DNA of 28,291 nucleotides. Source: a virus (Duplodnaviria > Caudoviricetes). Each line of letters starts with the position of its first letter. Positions within the stretch are counted from its first letter, which is position 1. Positions 8,057 through 17,179 of this stretch are shown piece after piece. The notes under the pieces are model-generated. The model did not search any database, was not told where the DNA came from, and worked only from the letters and a program-made list of their open reading frames with translations. The stretch is from positions 1-28,291 of IMG/VR virus record IMGVR_UViG_3300033480_000013, one strand, 5' to 3'. The translations under genes and the position numbers were made by a program.

Positions 8057-8562
8057 TCCGCACCCTCCTCCTCGCCACCATCGGCGCCCTCGGGTGCCTG
8101 ACCCATTGGTGCGGGCCGGCGAGGGCAAGCACGACCACCGAAGCCGCGCTCGCGGTAGCCTGCCCCGGTCACGCAGACCTAGCCAAGCACGTAGACCGCG
8201 CCGCCCGCACGCACCTGTTGCACCCGGTGACGCTCGTAGCCTTGATCAGCAACGAAAGCCACTGCGACACCATGGCCGTCAACCACCGCAGTGGTGCTCT
8301 GGGCCTAGGCCAGATACTCCCAGGCCGCAGCGCGGATTTGCCGGGGCGCTACCTACTCGACCCCGCCGACAACCTGTACCTGACGGCTCGGCACCTGTCC
8401 GGCCTGCTGCTGCTGTGCGGGTCGCTGGCGGGCGCCGTCCACGTGTACCACGGGCACCGCAAGTGCTCGGGCTGGCGGCGTGACTGGTACGCGAAGAGGG
8501 TGGCCGGGGATGTGGAGAGGATTTGGCGAGAGATGCGACGACAACGAGAAGGGAGAAGCTGA
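8053..8562 (+). CDS. Lytic transglycosylase (SLT domain) with an N-terminal signal-like segment
   Basis: ISNES catalytic motif, GALGLGQI, LLDPADNL, VYHG, WYAKRV; hydrophobic N-terminus ending ...ARA. Confidence 0.8.
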   Translation: MIRTLLLATIGALGCLTHWCGPARASTTTEAALAVACPGHADLAKHVDRAARTHLLHPVTLVALISNESHCDTMAVNHRSGALGLGQILPGRSADLPGRYLLDPADNLYLTARHLSGLLLLCGSLAGAVHVYHGHRKCSGWRRDWYAKRVAGDVERIWREMRRQREGRS

Positions 8563-8756
8563 TGAAGAAGACGAAGGCGACGAAGGCGAACGTGTGCGGG
8601 TCGGTGTGGAACCGGGGGAGAACCGTGATGTGCTCCAGGCCCTTCGGCCACAAGGGGCTGCACAAAGGTAACGGACACGCGGGCGTCATCACGTGGCGCT
8701 TGCCATGGGAAGACACCGCGATTGCAAAGCGCGAACGCGCCGCAAAGTCCAAGTGA
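8562..8756 (+). CDS. Small basic Cys/His protein
   Basis: C...CSRPFGHKGLH; TGATG overlap. Confidence 0.55.
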   Translation: MKKTKATKANVCGSVWNRGRTVMCSRPFGHKGLHKGNGHAGVITWRLPWEDTAIAKRERAAKSK

Positions 8757-8935
8757 CCCTCCCCCTTGAGCGCTGCGCGGTCTGTAAGGCTCCCCTGGTC
8801 ATCCGCGAGGCCCGCCCCGACTGGGTCGTGTGCTGCGCGGTGTGCAAGGTGCCGGCCAGCGTGGCGCCGACCAGGGATAGGGCGCTGGCGGAGTACAGGC
8901 GGCAGGAAGAGAGAAGGATGGAGGCCAAGGCATGA
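8753..8935 (+). CDS. Lar (restriction alleviation)-like zinc-ribbon protein
   Basis: LERCAVCK...VCCAVCK...TRDRALAEY resembles the Lar pattern; GTGA start overlap. Confidence 0.45.
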   Translation: MTLPLERCAVCKAPLVIREARPDWVVCCAVCKVPASVAPTRDRALAEYRRQEERRMEAKA

Positions 8936-9252
8936 CCTCGATGGCGCCACGGTTCCGCGGGCGGGCGTTCTCGTTCATCGGCACCACCGCGGCCCAGCGA
9001 CGCCTGGAGAGCATGCGGCGCCAGGACGGCAGCCACCTCGTGGTCGGGAAGTGCGTGATGGTACGGGTGAGCCCGCCGGTCTGGAAGGCCGAGACAAGCG
9101 ACGGCATGCGGTGGGTGAGCAGGACTGCGGATGGGGTGTGGGTGGTCGCCAAGGTGGCGCCGGTCGAGGTGTGCAGGCGGGTCGAGGTATCGGTGAGGGT
9201 GCCAAGGATTGACGTTAGGGTGACGGTGGGTGGACCGCTACGGAAGGAATAG
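8932..9252 (+). CDS. Hypothetical protein
   Basis: ATGA overlap with GGAGG upstream. Confidence 0.5.
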   Translation: MTSMAPRFRGRAFSFIGTTAAQRRLESMRRQDGSHLVVGKCVMVRVSPPVWKAETSDGMRWVSRTADGVWVVAKVAPVEVCRRVEVSVRVPRIDVRVTVGGPLRKE

Positions 9253-9275
9253 GCGCGATAGTCGGAGACGCTGAA

Positions 9276-9920
9276 TTGAAGAAGCGATCCAAGATCCGGC
9301 GGTTCGGGTTCAGCCCCATGAGCCCAGGCCGCAAGAACTGGAAGGCCAAGCGTGGCTCGCGGTGGAGCCCATACGGAAGCTGCGACTTCGAGTGGCGAGC
9401 GCCGCGCGTTCTGCGAAAGGTGCTGCTGGGAGATCTTCCTTGTTCCGGACGGATCATGCAACGCGACTCCGTGAACCCGGCGGCGATCTACGCACTGATC
9501 GACCCGCGCACCGAGGAGATCCGATACATTGGGAAGACCACGCAACGGTCTGACGTGAGGCTACGCCAGCACTTCGAGAAACCGACCAACAGGAACATTC
9601 GCCAGTGGTTCAAGGCGCTCGGATTCGATGGTCTCGCCCCGAAGATCCGTCTGATCACGTGCTGCCCGCTGGCGATGTGGGAGCATGAGGAGTCGCGGTG
9701 GATTCGCTGGGCGCGAGAGCGTGGGGCCAGGTTGCTGAATTTCGATCCAGGCGGTCAGTGCCGGAAGCCCGGCGGCAAGCTGAACGCCTACGGAAGGGCA
9801 AAGGGGCTGATCGCCAAGCGGGATGGCGTTCGGTTCCGAAAGGGCGCGGCTGCGGACTTGTACGGAAGGAAGCAGAGCGGGCCCACGGTCAACGATTGCA
9901 CTGGCCTTCGTCCATCCTGA
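9276..9920 (+). CDS. GIY-YIG family endonuclease
   Basis: AIYALIDPRTEEIRYIGKT...RLRQH...E..WI...LLN. Start uncertain (TTG 9276 or ATG 9456). Confidence 0.8.
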   Translation: MKKRSKIRRFGFSPMSPGRKNWKAKRGSRWSPYGSCDFEWRAPRVLRKVLLGDLPCSGRIMQRDSVNPAAIYALIDPRTEEIRYIGKTTQRSDVRLRQHFEKPTNRNIRQWFKALGFDGLAPKIRLITCCPLAMWEHEESRWIRWARERGARLLNFDPGGQCRKPGGKLNAYGRAKGLIAKRDGVRFRKGAAADLYGRKQSGPTVNDCTGLRPS

Positions 9921-10023
9921 TCCGGATACCGCCCAACGCGGTTAGCACATAACGGCGAGTCAAGTCTAGTGGGCTGCGCTACAGTTCGCCAACATATCAG
10001 TCCAATACGTGGGCGATTCCATC

Positions 10024-10056
10024 TTGACGTGGTGGCGGCGCGGTCGTACCACGCGA
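10024..10056 (+). promoter_or_regulatory. Putative late promoter 1
   Basis: TTGACG-N17-TACCAC, containing GTACCACGCGA (10046-10056); intergenic, just before TerS. Confidence 0.6.
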
Positions 10057-10060
10057 GAGT

Positions 10061-10516
10061 GTGGCTGACACGCCATTGCCAGAAAATGAACGGGAGAAGG
10101 CTGCGCCCAATGCGGGCTACGGCAACCTGAGACCCATCAAGCCGGGTGAGGTTCGGAACAAGGCCGGCACCAACCGCTGGAAGAAGGCCCAGGCTCGGCT
10201 GGCCAAGTTCATGATGGAGTACGATCCGGATCATCCGGATCAAAGGCGCCTGGACAGCGTGCTGCGCGCGTCATTCGAGAGCGCCCTCGTCGTCGGGTTG
10301 AAGGGCGCCCCAGATCGCAAGCTTCTGATTGAGCAGACCGTCGGCCGTGCTCGCCAGCAACTCGACCTGTCAAACCAAGACGGAACCCTGCAGCCGGTAC
10401 GGGCCGACGCGATCCTATCGGCCCTCCAATCCGCCATAGCGGCGCGCAAGGCCGACGCCGAAGATGAGCAGGCCGCCACGATGGAGGCGCCCGGTGACGG
10501 CCATCCCGTTGAGTGA
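10061..10516 (+). CDS. terS: Terminase small subunit
   Basis: Directly precedes TerL. GNLRPIKPGEVRNKAG resembles the common TerS N-terminal motif. Confidence 0.7.
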   Translation: MADTPLPENEREKAAPNAGYGNLRPIKPGEVRNKAGTNRWKKAQARLAKFMMEYDPDHPDQRRLDSVLRASFESALVVGLKGAPDRKLLIEQTVGRARQQLDLSNQDGTLQPVRADAILSALQSAIAARKADAEDEQAATMEAPGDGHPVE

Positions 10517-11855
10517 GAAGCGTTCCCCGTTCCAGATGGCTGTCGACGCTATCGGAGGCCCTGATGCGTTCCTGGCGTTCTGGGAACAGCAGGACCCCGG
10601 CCAACGCGAGGCGCTGGCCTACAACTGGGAATTCGTGGCGCGCCCGAAGCAACTCCCTCCTCCCGGCAAGTGGAGCACCTGGAATGTGCGGGCTGGCCGC
10701 GGGTGGGGCAAGACCAAGACCGGGGCTGAGTGGGTGCGGGCCAAGGTCGAGCGCGACGGTTGCCGCCGCATTGCCCTGGTGGCCCCCACGGCGGCCGACG
10801 CCCGCGACGTCATGGTGGAGGGCCCATCCGGGCTGCTCGCCATTTGCCCGCCGTGGAACCGCCCGCTGTACGAGCCAAGCAAGCGGCGCGTGACGTGGCC
10901 AAACGGCGCCCAGGTGACGCTGTTCTCGGCCGAGGAGCCCGACCGCCTACGCGGGCCCCAGCACGAGGCAGCGTGGTGTGACGAGATTGCCGCGTGGGCG
11001 GCGCCCGAGGATTGTTGGGACATGCTGCAGTTCGGGCTGCGGGCGGGCGAGAACCCACAGGCGCTTTGCACCTCGACCCCGCGGGCCCTGAAGTTCCTCC
11101 GCGAGCTCGAAGCCGACCCTACCACCGTGACGGTGCACGGCGCCACCTACGAGAACGAGGCAAACCTGGCGCCACGGTTTCTCGCGCGCATCCGCAAGAA
11201 GTACGAAGGCTCGCGGCTCGGGCGCCAGGAAATCTCGGCCGAGATCCTGGACGACAACCCGGGCGCCCTGTGGAAGCGCGCCCTCATCGACGCGAAGCGG
11301 ATGGGGCTCGGCGAGTTCCTGCGCGCCAAGCTGCAGATGACCCAGATCGCGGTGGCGCTCGACCCGGCCACGACCGCGACGGCCGAGAGCGACGAGTCCG
11401 GCATTGTGGCCGTGGGGAGCGGGATGTGTCCGTGTAACGGCAAGCCAGAGCTGCACGGGTTCGTGTTCGAGGACGCGACCGGCATCTACTCGCCCAACGA
11501 GACGTGTGAAAAAGTGCTGGAGATCTTCCGCCGCCGCTTCGCCAACTGGGTGATCGGCGAGACCAACCAGGGCGGCGACTGGATCGAGGCCCTGTTCCGC
11601 ATGCACCCGGGCGCCAAGGCGCTGCCCTACAAGGGCGTGCACGCCAAGGACGGCAAGCGGCTGCGCGCCGAGCCCGTGGTGGCGCTCTACGAACAGGGCC
11701 GCGTCCACCACGTCGGGATGTTACCCAAGCTCGAAGACCAGATGTGCGACTGGGATCCCAAGCAATCGGTCGACTCGCCAGACGACATCGACGCTCTCGT
11801 GCACGGCCTGACGGCTCTGATGATCTCAGGCGGCAGCATCTTCAACGCCCTCTGA
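10494..11855 (+). CDS. terL: Terminase large subunit
   Basis: AGRGWGKT, LRGPQHEAAWCDE, STP, ALDPA, ETNQGG, SPDDIDAL. Start GTG 10494 with GGAGG at 10483-10487. Confidence 0.95.
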   Translation: MTAIPLSEKRSPFQMAVDAIGGPDAFLAFWEQQDPGQREALAYNWEFVARPKQLPPPGKWSTWNVRAGRGWGKTKTGAEWVRAKVERDGCRRIALVAPTAADARDVMVEGPSGLLAICPPWNRPLYEPSKRRVTWPNGAQVTLFSAEEPDRLRGPQHEAAWCDEIAAWAAPEDCWDMLQFGLRAGENPQALCTSTPRALKFLRELEADPTTVTVHGATYENEANLAPRFLARIRKKYEGSRLGRQEISAEILDDNPGALWKRALIDAKRMGLGEFLRAKLQMTQIAVALDPATTATAESDESGIVAVGSGMCPCNGKPELHGFVFEDATGIYSPNETCEKVLEIFRRRFANWVIGETNQGGDWIEALFRMHPGAKALPYKGVHAKDGKRLRAEPVVALYEQGRVHHVGMLPKLEDQMCDWDPKQSVDSPDDIDALVHGLTALMISGGSIFNAL

Positions 11856-11865
11856 AAGGCTCACC

Positions 11866-13407
11866 ATGTCCAACTTCATCTCCCGCATGTTCAAGCGCCC
11901 CATCGCGGCCGACGCCATCGCGCAGGCCGAAGCGGCGGCCGTTGCCCAGCGTCGCACCGCCTTCGACGGGCTCGCCAACTACATCAGCGGCATGGGGACA
12001 CTCGCCGACCCGGCCCAGCACGACCGCTACCTGTCCGAGACCAACATGGACCGCGTGACGGCGGACGCCATCTTCCGCTCGAGCTGGCTCGGCCGCCGCG
12101 TCGTCACCACCATCGCCGACGACATGGTCCGCGAGTGGCGCACCGTCATGTGGGACGGCAGCCAGGACGACGACGGCATCTTCGACATTGCCCGCGAGGA
12201 AGAGCGCCTGCAGGCGCCGAAGCGCGTGCACTCTGCCATCAAGTGGGCGCGCCACTACGGAGGCGCCATCGTGGTGATGCTGATCAAGGGCCAGACCAGC
12301 CGGGAGGCCATGGCAGAGCCGCTAGACGTCGAGAAGGTCAAGAAGGGCGACCTGCAGAACCTCGTGGTGTTCGACCGCTGGCGCGTCTACGGGACGCCTC
12401 CCAACGTGCGGGACTACTCCGATACGTCGCTACTGGTGCCGCACCTGAACCAGACAATGGACGATCCCAACTTCGGGCTACCCGAGATGTACTACCTGGC
12501 CGACATCGGCAGCCCGATCCATCACACCCGCTGCATCCGCTTCGACGGCGAGGAGCTTCCCTGGTACGAGTGGGCGCGAAACTCCATGTGGCACGACAGC
12601 GTCTACAAGTCGCTCTACCGCGCGCTCAAGAGCTACGACTCGCTCATGCTCGGGTGCAGCCAGATCGTGCGGAAGGCGAGCGTCGACGTGTTCTCGGCCC
12701 AAGGCCTGGCTGAGCTGCTGTCGAGCAACGAGGGGACCACGAAGGCCCAACTGCGCTACCAGTACATGTCGCAGATGATGTCGCTCTACGGCGTGGTGGC
12801 GCTCGACAAGGACCAGGAGACCTTCGAGCGCAAGCCCGCCACCTTCGCCGGCCTGCGGGACCTGGCGGACCGCTTCGCCGTGGATGTGGCGGGGGCCGCC
12901 GACGTGCCGATGACCCGCCTGTTCGGCCAGAGCCCGGGCGGCCTGAACGCCACTGGCGAAAGCGACCTGCAGAACTATGACAACCACATCGCGGCCCGCC
13001 AGCGGTCGAACCTGTCGCCCCAGATGCAGCAACTCGACCATGTGCTGGTCAGGTCGGCGCTGGGGCGCATGCCGGAAGACTACCGCTTTGAGTGGAAGCC
13101 GCTGCGCCAGATGAGCCAGAAGGACAAAGCGGAGATCGACAAACTGAACGCCGATCGGGACGCTGTCTATGTCGACCGCGAGGTGGTGCTGCCCGAGGCG
13201 GTAGCGCGCGAGCTGCGGGCCGCCGGCACCTACCCGAACCTGACCCAGGAGGATGTGGACGATGTGGCCGAGGTCGGGGAGGAGATCACGCCGGTCGTGC
13301 CCACCAAGCAGCCGGCCGCGGTGGTGAAGGCGCCGCCGGAGGCCGAGGAACCCGAGGATGGCGAGGAAGAAGCCGCCACGCCCGCGCCTCTCCGAAAAAC
13401 AGCTTGA
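11866..13407 (+). CDS. Portal protein (DUF1073 type)
   Basis: DGLAN, ARHYGGA, IHHTRCIRF, GAADVPMTRLFGQSPGGLNATGESDLQNY; follows TerL. Confidence 0.92.
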   Translation: MSNFISRMFKRPIAADAIAQAEAAAVAQRRTAFDGLANYISGMGTLADPAQHDRYLSETNMDRVTADAIFRSSWLGRRVVTTIADDMVREWRTVMWDGSQDDDGIFDIAREEERLQAPKRVHSAIKWARHYGGAIVVMLIKGQTSREAMAEPLDVEKVKKGDLQNLVVFDRWRVYGTPPNVRDYSDTSLLVPHLNQTMDDPNFGLPEMYYLADIGSPIHHTRCIRFDGEELPWYEWARNSMWHDSVYKSLYRALKSYDSLMLGCSQIVRKASVDVFSAQGLAELLSSNEGTTKAQLRYQYMSQMMSLYGVVALDKDQETFERKPATFAGLRDLADRFAVDVAGAADVPMTRLFGQSPGGLNATGESDLQNYDNHIAARQRSNLSPQMQQLDHVLVRSALGRMPEDYRFEWKPLRQMSQKDKAEIDKLNADRDAVYVDREVVLPEAVARELRAAGTYPNLTQEDVDDVAEVGEEITPVVPTKQPAAVVKAPPEAEEPEDGEEEAATPAPLRKTA

Positions 13408-13435
13408 CACCTGCGGCGTGTGGTGTACCACGCGA
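13404..13435 (+). promoter_or_regulatory. Putative late promoter 2, heading the accessory block
   Basis: TTGACA (overlapping the portal stop)-N16-TACCAC, containing GTACCACGCGA (13425-13435). Confidence 0.6.
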
Positions 13436-13438
13436 TCC

Positions 13439-13555
13439 ATGCCAGTCACCCATCATCCGTCGAGCGAGACCGCGCGCACGCCCCTCGGTGACTGGCGTCG
13501 TTCGGGGCCAGCTTGTGCGCGGTCTCGCCGGGCGGGTGGGATGGTGATGCCGTGA
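13439..13555 (+). CDS. Possible 38-aa leaderless first gene of the accessory operon
   Basis: ATG 3 nt after the motif; its TGA overlaps GTG 13552. Confidence 0.35.
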   Translation: MPVTHHPSSETARTPLGDWRRSGPACARSRRAGGMVMP

Positions 13556-13908
13556 GCACGCTGGAGAAGCACCCGGGGCCGTGGAAAGCCGACTATGAGC
13601 GCGTGATGGCCGCGAATGGCGAGTGCGTTTTCAGCGGAGGAAGCGTCGACCTTGCCAACGCGGAGATTGGGTGGGGAGGCGACGAGGATGAAGGCAAGCG
13701 GCTCACCCTGGCCGCCCCCATCCTCCTGGAAGCCCTAGCTGTCGCCGTGTCCGAGAACGCTCCGCGCGACCTCACGCCGTTCAACCTGCTCATTGGGTGG
13801 CTGAACGGTGAGCCTGGGTATCCAGAGGTCGACCTCGAAGCGTTCCTGAAGTGGCTGCGGGAGGAGAGGATCACGATCGTCATTACGCGCGAGGGTGACC
13901 ACACGTGA
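13552..13908 (+). CDS. Phage hypothetical protein of the HxPGPW...AAP.LLEAL type
   Basis: KHPGPW ... RLTLAAPILLEAL. Confidence 0.7.
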   Translation: MSTLEKHPGPWKADYERVMAANGECVFSGGSVDLANAEIGWGGDEDEGKRLTLAAPILLEALAVAVSENAPRDLTPFNLLIGWLNGEPGYPEVDLEAFLKWLREERITIVITREGDHT

Positions 13909-14381
13909 AGACCTGCGGCACATGCGTCAGCTTCAAACGGCTGGAGTCGGATCCGAAGTGGGGCGAGTGCGGATACAAACTCTTGATACCCGATGCCGCC
14001 GAGTACGCCATTGACCCGGGTTTTCGAAACGTCCGTGAGGATGATGGGGTTGCTTGCCCGTGCTGGGCAAGAAAGAGTGACAACCCAGCCGAGTCGCTGC
14101 GGCACTTGATCAAGAGCGATCCGCAGTCGCTGGAAGCCATCGGCCAGCGCCTCGGTGCGACCTCTCCGGTGAAGCTCGACGAGGCATCTTTCGACGAAGC
14201 GGCCCGTGCGCTGGAACGCCCGGCGCTGCGCTGCCACGTCTGCGGCGCGCCCACCGAGAAGACCTACACCTTCGAGCGCACGTACGAAAACAAGGCGTAC
14301 GAGGCGCGGACCATGCGCTTTTCCGGCCTTCCACTTTGCGACGGCTGTGTGCCGCGGACGCAGGACGAGGAAGGAACCTGA
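13905..14381 (+). CDS. Cys-rich protein with two putative metal-binding modules
   Basis: CGTC...C...CPCW and CHVC...CDGC. Confidence 0.65.
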   Translation: MKTCGTCVSFKRLESDPKWGECGYKLLIPDAAEYAIDPGFRNVREDDGVACPCWARKSDNPAESLRHLIKSDPQSLEAIGQRLGATSPVKLDEASFDEAARALERPALRCHVCGAPTEKTYTFERTYENKAYEARTMRFSGLPLCDGCVPRTQDEEGT

Positions 14382-14860
14382 TGGGTGAGCACGCCACCAA
14401 CATCAACGCCCTCATTGCCAAGACGCTCCCCCACTTCCCGCCCGATGGTCGCGCCGGCCACGTCCAGCTCGACTACCGGGTAGCCCAGAAGCGGCACGTC
14501 TACCTCGTGGCCCCTGGCGCGCCCATGAACGAGGAAGGCATTGCAGCGCACGCCAAACTGTGCCAGGAGCGCGGGTGGCCAGCGCAGGAGATCCTGCCTT
14601 TGGGCCAGCCGCTGCCGCACGAGAAGTGCGACGTGGTGGTCATAGCCGCCGCGGTGTGGGTGGACACGACGCCGAATGGAGCGCGCCACGTCGTCAACCC
14701 GCAGACCAAGGAGATGGTGCTTCAGCCGCGCATGGGCGCGCATGCCATCCCGGGCGAGATTGCCCGCCTCGACATGGTTGAGTTCCTGGCGCACGCCGAG
14801 GCCTCGCTGGGGGAGGCGTCGCGCATCGTGCAGCCGGGGCTGCAGATGGTGAGGGACTGA
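14381..14860 (+). CDS. Hypothetical protein
   Basis: ATG 14381 (TGATG overlap, GAGGAAGG upstream); GC3-rich codons. Confidence 0.7.
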   Translation: MGEHATNINALIAKTLPHFPPDGRAGHVQLDYRVAQKRHVYLVAPGAPMNEEGIAAHAKLCQERGWPAQEILPLGQPLPHEKCDVVVIAAAVWVDTTPNGARHVVNPQTKEMVLQPRMGAHAIPGEIARLDMVEFLAHAEASLGEASRIVQPGLQMVRD

Positions 14861-14874
14861 GCACAAGGAGCAAC

Positions 14875-15363
14875 ATGAGCAAGAACACGCGCCAGCAATG
14901 GAAGGACAAGAGCCAGGGCCAGCAGGAGCCGCAGCCTGACCTCGCCGCTGGAGGACCCATCTCCGGACATCCTGGCCACGAGCCGGACCCGGTGGAAGTC
15001 GTCCGTCCGCTCGACCCTGCCGCAAAGCTGACTCCGCCGGATGTCGCGGAGGCGAAGCTACGCGAGCTTGCAGCCGCCGTTCCGCCGCTCGCCAAGGACG
15101 GCGCCATCGCGGCCAACCCCGACGCGCTCCAGGCGCCGAAGCCAGACGCCAAGGGCATCAGCAAAGGGCAGGTGTGGGTTGACGTTGTGGTCCCCGACCG
15201 CCCGATCAACAAGATGGGCCTCCGCCCCGGGGCCCGACTGAATCCGCTGGAGATCGAGACGCCCTATGGCGACGGCCGATGGATGGCCTGCTTCGTCGGC
15301 GAGCGCGCGACCAAGATCGAGGTGGACGCAGAGATGCTCAAGACCGGGAAGCTGAGGGCATGA
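14875..15363 (+). CDS. Pro-rich hypothetical protein with a small beta-rich C-terminal domain
   Basis: Strong RBS CACAAGGAG at 14862-14870; disordered P/Q/D N-terminus followed by ISKGQVWVD... Confidence 0.75.
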   Translation: MSKNTRQQWKDKSQGQQEPQPDLAAGGPISGHPGHEPDPVEVVRPLDPAAKLTPPDVAEAKLRELAAAVPPLAKDGAIAANPDALQAPKPDAKGISKGQVWVDVVVPDRPINKMGLRPGARLNPLEIETPYGDGRWMACFVGERATKIEVDAEMLKTGKLRA

Positions 15364-15653
15364 CATTCGCGGAGGCGGAGGAGAATTTCAGGAAGGCCCT
15401 GCGCGGTTTGGTCGTCGAGATTTTGCGTGGCTTATTTGGGCAACGGCTTTTGTCGGAAGCGGCGCAACTACCAGTAGAGAGCGACGAGTTACTCGCCGTC
15501 CTGAAGGCGCTCGCCGACAGGTGCGAGGCCGACACGCGGTTCATGTTCGACGAGGCCGCCTACGGAGTTGACCGGGAGAAGGGGCCGACAATGCCAGAGG
15601 AGGCCTTGGCCGCCCGCGCCCTCATCGATAGATTGGAGAAGCCAGAAGGATGA
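15360..15653 (+). CDS. Hypothetical protein
   Basis: ATGA overlaps at both ends: MTFAEAEENF... Confidence 0.6.
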   Translation: MTFAEAEENFRKALRGLVVEILRGLFGQRLLSEAAQLPVESDELLAVLKALADRCEADTRFMFDEAAYGVDREKGPTMPEEALAARALIDRLEKPEG

Positions 15654-17179
15654 AGCTCTACGCTTGCCTGACCCCATCCCACACCAAGATGTTCGAGCGC
15701 CACTTCATGGTGTCGCTGCCCAAGGAGTTCCGTGGGCGCAACCTCGTGGTGCGCAAGCTCAGGCAGAAGAGCAAGACAGGCGAGTTCGCGTCCGCTGGCT
15801 TCTTTGACACCTGCTTCCAAAAGGTAGAGTTCGTCATCGAGGCGTGTCGGTCGGAGAAGAAACCCTTTGTCTACTCTGACGTCGACGTTCGCTTCTACAC
15901 CCGATGCGGGAAAGACCTGGAGGAGCTACTCGGAACACACGACATTGCCTGCCAGTGGGACGGGCCCCGCGGTCGCTTCTGCACTGGCTTCATGGTCATG
16001 CGCCCATCTGAGAAGCTGATTGCCTTTTGGCAAGAGGTGCTCGAGCTCATGAAGAAGCGTCGGCTTCTCGACCAGGATGCCACCGACGAGGTCATCGCCA
16101 AGGGAGCCGAGCCACGGATGGCCGTGACAGCCCTGCCGGCGCGCTACTGGTCGTTCGGCCGGAACGACCACCACTGGATTCCTGGCATACCCGTCGACCC
16201 GCCGATCGACCTGGCGATGCACCATGCGAATTGGACCAAGGGCATACCCAACAAGCTGCTCTTGCTCGCCGAGGTGCAACAGACGGTGGAGGCTCGCAGG
16301 ACGAACCACCCGGAGAAGCTGCCCCACATGATCGAGCGGAACCCCATGGGGGCAACGGCGGCAATGGCCAGGATCCTTGACATCCACCGAGCCCAGATTC
16401 GCGCCTATCACCACCCGATGCCAATGGCGCTCGTGCTGCAATTCTGGAAGAAGGACAAGCACCGCGCGTGGGAGCTGGCCCGCATGATGGCAGACCTCGA
16501 ACCCGAGTTCCGCGATGACGTCGGGTTCTTCTTCGCGCGCCAGACGAACGTCACGCCGGCCAGCCAGGATCCAGAGTTCCTGGACACCATGCTCTACGTC
16601 GGCAAGAAGTTCCCCGTGACCGAGATCGAGGCGTTCGTCGACGAGTCCAAGCCGTATCCGGGCGTGTGCTTCGACCCGTGGGCATCGGCGGCACAGAAGA
16701 TCTCCGACCTGTACTTCACCGGCAAGATGCCTTACGGGCGCGCGTTCTTCTTCGAGGCTGACGGCTGCCCCATTGGCATCGACTGGATCAACCGGCTCAA
16801 GAAGGCCCACGAGGAGACGCTGCTCGCGGGCAAGCGCGTGACGGGGCCGCTGATGCGGTTCGGTGGCGTCGACCGGCTGCACTCACCGGGCGGGCACGTC
16901 AACGGAACGCTTATCATGGAGTGCTCGTTCTGGGAGGACCACCCGAGCCTGCGCCGATGCCCGCCCAATGACGCCTGGGACGTGTTTTTAGGGCCGGTGT
17001 TTCGCACCGAGCTTGGCACCACGAACCCAGACATCATCCTGAATCTACACGGCGGGCTTGGTCTTTCTGAGTCGCTGTACTGGATCAACCAGAAGGAGAC
17101 CGCTTTCATCACATCTCTTAAAGACGGTCTGCATCATCATTGGCTGCGGAAGTACATCAACTCCTTGGGGGCGCGGTGA
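15650..17179 (+). CDS. Two-domain glycosyltransferase (N-terminal nucleotide-diphospho-sugar transferase/GT77-like; C-terminal putative second GT-A domain)
   Basis: N-terminal: YSDVDV (DxD), CTGFMVMR, DQ, HHANW...K. C-terminal: FFFEADGCP...W, HVNG, DAWD. Confidence 0.8.
   Translation: MKLYACLTPSHTKMFERHFMVSLPKEFRGRNLVVRKLRQKSKTGEFASAGFFDTCFQKVEFVIEACRSEKKPFVYSDVDVRFYTRCGKDLEELLGTHDIACQWDGPRGRFCTGFMVMRPSEKLIAFWQEVLELMKKRRLLDQDATDEVIAKGAEPRMAVTALPARYWSFGRNDHHWIPGIPVDPPIDLAMHHANWTKGIPNKLLLLAEVQQTVEARRTNHPEKLPHMIERNPMGATAAMARILDIHRAQIRAYHHPMPMALVLQFWKKDKHRAWELARMMADLEPEFRDDVGFFFARQTNVTPASQDPEFLDTMLYVGKKFPVTEIEAFVDESKPYPGVCFDPWASAAQKISDLYFTGKMPYGRAFFFEADGCPIGIDWINRLKKAHEETLLAGKRVTGPLMRFGGVDRLHSPGGHVNGTLIMECSFWEDHPSLRRCPPNDAWDVFLGPVFRTELGTTNPDIILNLHGGLGLSESLYWINQKETAFITSLKDGLHHHWLRKYINSLGAR

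Noticed and set aside
9974-9990. CTG-N7-GTTC as a possible LexA operator upstream of TerS
   Set aside because: Only a partial match to the myxobacterial SOS box as I recall it, and seen once; insufficient support.
11866-13407. Anti-CBASS Acb1 label sometimes attached to this portal family
   Set aside because: No HxT phosphoesterase domain is visible; the C-terminus is just an acidic/Pro-rich tail.
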